DNA of 64,000 nucleotides from Leidyana gryllorum EB-2025a (Eukaryota; Protista; Apicomplexa): NCBI GenBank assembly GCA_048772705.1, contig JBLWGC010000213.1, positions 62,001 to 126,000 of the forward strand, read 5' to 3'. Shown piece by piece: positions 56,464 to 64,000 of this stretch (position 1 is its first letter; each line of letters starts with the position of its first letter). The notes under the pieces were generated by a model. It saw only the letters and a program-made list of their open reading frames with translations, ran no database searches and was not told where the DNA came from. The position numbers and the translations under genes were made by a program.

Positions 56464-56878
56464 TGAAAAGAGAGAGGAAAGAGGTATCAGATTGCCGCGC
56501 AGCAGACGAGTTGCAGTGGACGGACGGCACGCCGCGAGCTACGACGGACGAAGGACAGGAAGAAGGAGAACACAAAATCATAGTTATAGCAATTGGCAGT
56601 TTCGATACATCGACTTGGGGGCGACAAAAAGCGGGCCTTCGAGGACCGATGTAACAAACAGATCATTAATGAGGAGTCGATAGCATAGAATTTCGAACTA
56701 ATTGACATAGTCGTCGCATCGTGAAGGATCAACTGGAGACGGGCCCACGCACATAATTGTGAGGTGGAAACCCGCCTGGTTTCTCCCATCAATAGCAGAA
56801 GCTCTTAAACAAGTATACATTAAAATAGATCAAAATAGAAAGGAGCGTCAGATCGTCACCGAAAGGAGAGGTGCTCAG

Positions 56879-58468
56879 TCACTCGTCAGGAGGAGGCCGT
56901 TTGGGGTTGTCCACCTTACCAGTTGATTTCTGATCATCCGCTTTCAGATCGGCCCCCACGGCGGGAGAGTGAGCAGGAGAAGGCGCCGCAGGAAGAACAG
57001 GAGGTTGAGCTTGAGGATAGGGGTGGGGAGAACCAGCACTATCCACATCAATACGCGTGTGCGGGCCTCCTTCGGCAGTGTCCGTCGTTTCGCCAGCCTT
57101 CTTGTTCAGACGATCGCGGGCGCGCCTTAAGCGACTGCAGAAACACATTTTGAACGCAAAGCAGCAAGACTCAAGCAGCCTACCGTTTGTCAATCACTAT
57201 CCACTCCGCACAGCAGGTTTTGCGTGGGGTTTGCTCAGAGTTATCAGCAGCATCGGTCTTGGCGATCGGTTGGACGCGTTGAGTAATGTATTCAAAGGTT
57301 GTGATGTCTTCCCGGACCAGATACACATGTAAGGCCACCAGCTGAAGATCCAGCCCCAAAAGGGCCAGATTCAGCGCCATGAAGACACCGAGTGCAATAA
57401 AATATCCGATAACATTCCACGAGCCCATATTCTGCCAACAGATATCATTTCACCAAGCACAACAAAGCAAAGTCAGTGTGTGTGTGTGTGTATGTGTGTG
57501 TAAGGTAGCAGCAGGCGAGGGAGAGGAAGAGTGAGAGTGAGAGGAAGAGATCCACTTAATATCTCTCGCCTCTTATAGATTGACACGAGATATAAGATCG
57601 ACTGACTCACCATGGCAAAGCGGAATCCTACTCGGTGATAGACCGCTTCTTCAATTATCACGGCAATACCGAACGCGAGGGCAAGAGTTGCCAAAATTCC
57701 GACCAGTATGATGAGGATAAGAAATAACCTTCGGAAAGGATGATGATGGGGGGGGAAGGTGATGAAATCTCATCTTACTTGTAGTTTGATTCACCAATGC
57801 AATTGTTAAGCCATTTGCAGTGGTGATCAAAGTTTCCCACGCACTTGTTGCACGCCCGACAATGCTTCGATTTGAGATGGGTGGGTCCACAGAGATCGCA
57901 GACCGCCAAATCCTCCTTCGCTTGGAGCTGCCGCTTGATCTCGCTGGATTCGAAAATTAGCGGGTCCGCAGGGTCAGAGTGAGTGACCGCGAGCGCAACG
58001 CCGGCAACGCCAATTGCTGACAACAGAAACAGCACTCCAAACGTAGCCTGGGGAGCAAGAGACGTGTGCTATATTCTAGGCGCCGCGGCACCCACTTACT
58101 CCAAGCGGGATAGAGAGGGCAGGGATGATTAACACGCACCCGACAACAACAATGAACGCAAAGAAGAACCAGGACAATATCTGGAGGGCATTAAGCGGTC
58201 TGTCAAACCCATTCTTCCGACAAAACTGAGAAGGTCGCCGAGATATGTGAGGATCGTGTGTAGCACACAAATGTTGTCTTTCCTTCTTTATATAATGTTG
58301 CCGCTTATCTGGCGTCGTGAAACTGGCAGCGGGATCCTTGTTCCGTACATCGTCAGACCGGTGACAGAAGCGCCTTCTTCGGGTTGCTTTGGTCGACAGC
58401 CATGGTTGAGTCACATTGATATCCACAACAGCTGGGTCCGCCGATGCATCATCTGGTATCGCCGCCAT
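56879..58468 (-). CDS. DHHC protein S-palmitoyltransferase (zDHHC1/11-like), multi-exon
   Basis: [63 protein letters not shown] segments, and TTxE motif (ITTFEYI). Confidence 0.95.
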
Positions 58469-58704
58469 CTTCGCCAGTCGATTCTGGCCACCTTTGCGTC
58501 ATACGCAGTCCAATATCCTCTTACAAAAAATGCTGCACACCTCCTCTTGTCAGTTCGCACTATCGTAACACAAACACGCGCACCATACTTCCCGAGTGCC
58601 CCTCCCCCTTTACTCTTTGTTTCGCCCTTTTCACTCGATTCCCAGTTGCCTCTCAAAACCCATCACCCCTTCTTCAGTAAAAAACTCCCTCTTTTTACGC
58701 AAGC

Positions 58705-59408
58705 ATGGCCAATCAACTGATCCAGAAGCTGTTGGAGGCCGAGAAAGAGGCGGAAATCATCGTCCGCCGGGCCAAAGAGAGTAAGATCCTCTCATCATAG
58801 ATCTACAACTTGCCTCCTTCCCCAGACCAAGCCAAGAAACACAAGGAGGCTCAGTTGTCGGCTGAGGAGGATATGAAACGGTTCAGAGCCGCTGAGGAAG
58901 AGAAGTTCCAACGCGACTATAGAGAGGTTAGTACCCAACTGGGCGTCTCAAGTTTGTCTGACACACATTTGTATTGTCACCGACACAATGACACCGCCAC
59001 ACGCCACTTTTCGCCCGGGCGGAAGCGTGTGTGTGCAAATCGTGTGTGTGTCGGTGTCCCTGTGTCTTGATGGGGCGAGGCTGGCCTGGGTAGAGTGGCT
59101 TATTCGCCATCGCTATGCTGTCGGTATGCTCACATTGTGCTGTGCTGTGTTGTGTTGCTGCTCATCAACTATGGGTTGTTCGGCTGATCGTGGGACATCT
59201 GGTGCAGAGATTTGACAAGTCTGACGCCAATAACGATTTGGAGGAGAAATTGAAACTTGACATTGAGCAAGTCAAGGCGCAGTACAAGAAGCATCGGGAC
59301 GCGGCTTTGGCGTTGTTGATTAGTGGTGTGGTAAAAGTGGAGCTGGGTCTATCGGATGGGGAGAAACGGTTGGTGCGACACCAGTTTGCCAACAAGCTCA
59401 TTAAATGA
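58705..59408 (+). CDS. ATP6V1G: V-type proton ATPase subunit G, 3 exons
   Basis: MANQLIQKLLEAEKEAEIIVRRAKE|NQAKKHKEAQLSAEEDMKRFRAAEEEKF...|...ALALLISGVVKVEL. Confidence 0.88.
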
Positions 59409-61241
59409 TTCTTTTCACCATGGACATCAACCGCTGCTTTTGTTTCTCTTCCAGCTCTACCATTTCCTTATCGAGCAGATACAGCCTGTTGGACTCTCGA
59501 ATGTCAGCCTCATCCACTGGAAGGTTTTTGGCTTTACTGTTCTCGACCACACACTTGAAGGCGTAGTCGCCAATCAGGGGTAGAATTGGGGAGACGTATT
59601 GCAGATATTCCTTCACACACTACTCGTTTCGATAGTATCAGACTGGCTTTGACAGTTCCAGAATCACTCACCTCTTCCGAAGGCGCACAAGTCCTGAGAT
59701 CTGCCCCGAACAGACTATTGTTGTTTCCAGAGTCGTTAGTGCTGCGCTTGTGCATCAGAAGCTCGGCAGTGCCATTAGTATTCAGGAAAGCTGCCCACGT
59801 TCTCAAGATCTGAACAAAGTCTGAAATAGCGTCGTATCGATAACAATATGGCAACATTGCCGCCGCCCTCACTGGTGATGATAAGATCAAAGTGGTTCGG
59901 CTTAGCCGTCTGCTTCAGGATGAAATGCTGGTATAAGACCCAGGGGTTGATTTCGAGCTCAATCTCATGTGATGTCCTCGAGCCCTTATTATGATGTCCT
60001 GGCTGCGGGAAAATGGTCAAGAGATCATCCGCACAAGCCAAGTCGACAACAATGATCGGAGAAAGAGATCAGTCACAGCCAAAACGCACTCGTGAATATT
60101 AGTACCGAGGCACCCAAGTAGATTCAAACACACGAAGTCACACACACAAATATATAGATATATATATACTCACACACACGCACGATGCATTGAGTCTTAC
60201 CCCTCCTTGACTCTGTACAATGGTAGTATCTATCCGGTAGAGACCGAAGAGACTGCAGAGTTTATCTTTACATTGGGCGAGTGTGTTTTGCCAATAGCTT
60301 ACGGATAGGATTTACGGGACCGTCTTCTTCGGAAGGAGTCTGGGCGCTCGCGGGCTCTACTTAGCAATTGTTGGACTTGAGACAGAGAGACTGATGGTGA
60401 GACAGTGTTGTTGGCGAAAGGGAGCAAAGAAATGTGTCACCTTCACACTCTTTATTGATGGAGATCCTGAAGTCGACCGCGGTCTGGAGATCCTCGACTG
60501 TGTCATAGTAGTTCTCAGACTCATTGACGAGGAGGTTAACCTCCTCCTCATGCGTGTCCTGGCCAGTGTATACGTTAAGTTTAACAAAGGGTTCTTTCTT
60601 GATGGCTTCGAGAACAGTGTGGCCTTGTGGGTCAAAACTGATACGAACTTTCTGCTCATCGTCCTGGGCATCTCCGCCCTCGGGGGTGCAGCCCACAAAG
60701 ACATCCATGGACTCCATGGGTATCTCCCGGCTGACTCGACGATGCATCTCTCCGGAGACGGCCAAGTCTGAGTTCTCGATTCCCAGCTCCTTTCTGATAG
60801 TCCTTTGGAAGCAGTCGAAGTGGTACTGGCTGATGGACGAGGCGAACTTGTAGGCAAACTCTCCGGACGATACCTGTGGCGAGGGAGGGGGGAAGTGGCG
60901 TGTGTGTGAGTGGACGATTTGAGCTTACGGGTTCGCACAGGAGAGCTTCGGTTTCGACGGGCAATTTGAGTCTCTCAGAGGTATGAGGGTCCAGAAAAAC
61001 TCCCAGGCGGCCTTCGACCTCAATATGTTCACCCAGAGGGGCGTCAGGGTCGTGGAACTTGGTGTGTAATGACCATCTGTCGAGGGAGGCTTCGACTTGA
61101 TTTATAACTTCGCGCGCTACAGGGTCTTCACTTTCGGTTCCGAGTTCAGGGTGTAATCCCCATTGAGCTCCGTCCTGCAAAATGATAAGAAATGGGGCGC
61201 CATTCTGCGTGTCATACCAGAAGGCGATCCGAGGGGGTCAT
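59401..61241 (-). CDS. mRNA-capping RNA triphosphatase, Cet1/CYTH (triphosphate tunnel) type, multi-exon
   Basis: Motif A EVEGRLG followed by RLKLPVETEALL, then VRISFD, DFRISINKE, RRRRSRKSY, YRIDTTIV and motif C HEIELEI. Start MTPSDRLL is inferred from an intron at ~61175-61217. Confidence 0.85.
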
Positions 61242-61265
61242 CCCACTCCTCTCATGTAAGTTTTT

Positions 61266-62105
61266 CTACGCTTTCAGGAGTGGTTCAAGTGTTTGGCGCC
61301 AGTCAGACCAACAGTGGAGAGTTGCTGCTGCATCTGGGACCTCAGTATTGTAGGGCTGGCAGAACAGCACGTGTTTCCACCGTGGTCTACAAACACCTTC
61401 ACTGGCAGTGGGCTTATCATCGATAAGAATGTCCCCTACGAAGCCCGAAGAACAACAGTCAGCACCAATGCTATCTAACGGTACCTTGCACCAGAGTCTT
61501 ATCGCAGCTTAAAATCAGTCGATCCTTCCATTCCGGACCCAGATGTGTTTCGAGCCACTGGTACTTCTCCATGGCACACCGTCCTGTGAACCTCCCGTCC
61601 GGGGCTGAAAGCACAAACACGTCCAATCCTGCAGCCAGCATCTCCTTCATAGCCTTTATAGCGCCTTTAGCTGCTGGCATTGTGGCCCAGAACCCTAAAG
61701 TAGCCAGCCATCAGCAATGGGGGACCCACTTCAATGCACCCACCTCTTAACTGAGTCAAGGAGCGTATGGTTTCGTGGTGCTCATCTGTATAGTTCTCTT
61801 CCCTGCGTTAAAAGTGAGTGAATATCCCAACAAGCCAAGATCTCTGCCTCTCACATGCAATAACGCCGCCTGCGAGCGGGAGGTACTATTGGAACCTCGG
61901 GGAAGTACTGTTCCATCACCCATCGGAATTGCGCGTCCCAGTCGTTCAAGGTATTGTCCATGTCGACCAGCACCACCCCCGTGAGGCGTGTCGAGGAGCT
62001 TCTTTCCGCCTCTTGCTTCGACGGCAGATCATGTAAACAATTCTGACTCGAAGTGTGAGGCCGAGGAGGAGGGCTGACAGCCTCTGCCTTGAAGAAGTCT
62101 GGCAT
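61266..62105 (-). CDS. 5'(3')-deoxyribonucleotidase (NT5C/NT5M family, HAD), multi-exon
   Basis: VLVDMDNTLND (DxD), FWATMP..KGAIKAM, EKYQWLETHLG, CDKTLVQGDILIDDKP, HVLFCQPYN. Confidence 0.9.
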
Positions 62106-62129
62106 GTTTTTGGTGTCAAATATTAGAAA

Positions 62130-62515
62130 ATGACCCCTCTGCCTGCACGCATGGAGGAAGCGATATGTGAAATTCTACGGCACCATCTACCCCGGCACCT
62201 TACCATCAACATCATCAAGTACGTCTAAATGCACCGTAAACCACTTATTCGGAACCACAAGAAATGAGTTGAAAGATGAATTTGGCGAAGAAAACGTCGC
62301 CAAGTTGCACAATGACATTCGAGCGTTCGTCGTTGAACGCCTCCTTGATGGTACGCTAAACGTGCAGTATGCAATATCTGATGACCGTCCGTTTGTCGTC
62401 GCGATACACAGGGGTCCCAGTCGAAGAAGAAGTGGCCCGTGTTGTGAGGCGAACCGAAGAGTCCTGGACGGCTGCGACAGCTCGCCACCTATCGCAGTGT
62501 AACAAAGAAGCCTAG
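62130..62515 (+). CDS. Small protein with a DEK-C-like three-helix pattern, 3 exons
   Basis: Introns 62219-62261 and 62351-62411 give MTPLPARMEEAICEILRHHLPRHLTINIIKNELKDEFGEENVAKLHNDIRAFVVERLLDG...; the domain is assigned by pattern only. Confidence 0.5.
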
Positions 62516-62531
62516 GTTTTTTGAAAACAAA

Positions 62532-63168
62532 ATGGAGGGTAGCAAGTCGCCCACCTCCACTCCCCAACCGTCGTCCACTGGGTAAGACAGACTGACAGAC
62601 AGAGATCTGTGCAAACCACGTTCAACTCGTAAAGGCGCGGAAAGTCCTATGACGGAACTCGGAGCGGTGGCCGAGGGGGCAAATCGCTATCATCCACTCC
62701 CTCGACTGGTAAGCTGATTCTGTAATGTGTGTGCGAATGTGTGTGTACATATGTGATCTGGTGTGATCAGCATCGAGCCGTCGGAGTAGCACGGATGGTA
62801 CGGCAGTGAAGAAGAAGAAGAAGAAGGCTGCTAGCCGGTCTTCCAAGTCTGAGACGTACACTAATTGTATCTTCAAGCTGTTGCGTCAAATGAAGCCGGG
62901 AACCCGTATCACTCAACGAGCCATGTCGATCATGAATTCGTTTGTCACGGACGCTTTTGAGAGGATCGCTGCTGAGGCCGGCTCGCTTTGCACTCGAGCC
63001 AAAAAGGATACACTCACGTGTAATGAAGTTCGTACCGCGGTTCGGCTGGTTCTTCCAGGCGATCTCGCGAAACATGCTATCATTGAAGGGTTGAATGCAG
63101 TCCAACTGTTCACAGAAGAGGAGGAGAAGGATAAACGCACCGGATCTTCCAGTTCAAAGAGATCCTAA
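62532..63168 (+). CDS. H2B: Divergent histone H2B variant (~173 aa), 3 exons
   Basis: Histone fold ETYTNCIFKLLRQMKPGTRITQRAMSIMNSFVTDAFERIAAEAG...EVRTAVRLVLPGDLAKHAIIEG. Exons 62532-62581, 62635-62708 and 62771-63168 splice in frame. Confidence 0.85.
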
Positions 63169-64000
63169 ACCGTCGCGTATGCACTCATATTGGCCACCAG
63201 TACACCCCTCAGACCGTCGTTGAGCACATACGCATCGTGACGTCTGCTCCAAATCAGATGCCGCGGCTTCCGAGCCCGTTCTAGCTCCTCCCCTGCGAGC
63301 AACATTTTCAGTCTGTCACCACCTCTCCCCTCACCTATGCTGACGATGTGACCGTCGCACATATTTTCCAGAGCCTTCCGAGGATCACAGAACACTGTCC
63401 CACTCACTCTGTCAACCATTCGCGTTTTCCCGTTCTTCTCGTGCATCATCACCATCCTACGTTCCTCCGTTGTTAGCAGCAGAACCGCCTTACATCTAAT
63501 CCAAACTTACTCAATCAGATTGTGTTGAGATTGCACTGGCACACCGGGCCGCAGTCTGGTCAGAGGCAGAGGCTCGCCAGCCGCTGAATCTCCTCCCCTC
63601 CCACTCTCCGCGCCCGCCAAATGGACATAGAATCGCGTCGTTGTATACTTGAGCTCGTGATCGTACTCGTGCACCAACGCCACCAGCGGCCGATTTCCAC
63701 GAGACACCAACACACTCTTAACGTCCAGCAGCCGCGGCCCCCTCCACTCCTTTAAGCTGTGAAGCGTCCGTTGCCGCAGGTTGAAATTGGCATCGGGTGC
63801 AGTGACTTGCATCAGCAACGAGAGAGTCCAACTCGTCGCACTCGACAGCCGGATCCCCGGCTGCAAGGCTACGTGACACTGAGCGGAGAGAATGCTCAAA
63901 CCATAACTCTCCTTTACATCCACTACAGCGTCCTCGATAGCTTCCCGACGCAGTGCCGAGTAGGCAACTCGAGGAGCGCGAATCCCAGCTTCGTTACCCG
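63165..64000 (-). CDS. 3' part of a hypothetical multi-exon gene running off the window end
   Basis: Minus-strand ORFs 63507-63923 and 63165-63455 are separated by a GTAAGT...CAG intron-sized gap. Confidence 0.55.

Noticed and set aside
62130-63168. DEK-C/H2B fusion protein
   Set aside because: The best splice model ends the DEK-C-like gene at TAG 62513-62515, and H2B has its own ATG at 62532.

Overview
This is a gene-dense eukaryotic window (about 50-55% GC) with many very short GT-AG introns, mostly about 40-60 nt. It is most consistent with a compact protist genome, possibly a gregarine-type apicomplexan; that taxonomic call is inference only. Recognisable genes after manual splicing: a degenerate-looking pyrroline-5-carboxylate reductase, AP-4 epsilon, TAF2, UPF1, a PCI-domain PCID2/THP1 protein, a YrhK-like membrane protein, RNA Pol I A43 (with an A14-like N-terminal extension), a DHHC palmitoyltransferase, V-ATPase G, a Cet1-type RNA triphosphatase, an NT5C HAD nucleotidase, a small DEK-C-like protein and a very divergent spliced histone H2B variant. 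The main novelty is a ~21 kb head-to-tail array (4.8-25.4 kb) of five large paralogous genes I cannot assign to any known family. Each has a disordered N-terminal half, and four members carry their own tandem-repeat expansion there. This is followed by an internally repeated Trp/Pro-rich domain (2.5 copies, 1.5 in member 1). Four members share a hidden terminal intron, which in members 2-4 appends an NLS-like tail, and three share a ~320-360 bp near-identical cassette consistent with gene conversion. A second notable module is a tandem pair of an intact S8 subtilisin and a catalytically dead paralog carrying a large low-complexity, Cys-cluster insertion. All exon models were spliced by eye and no database searches were run.
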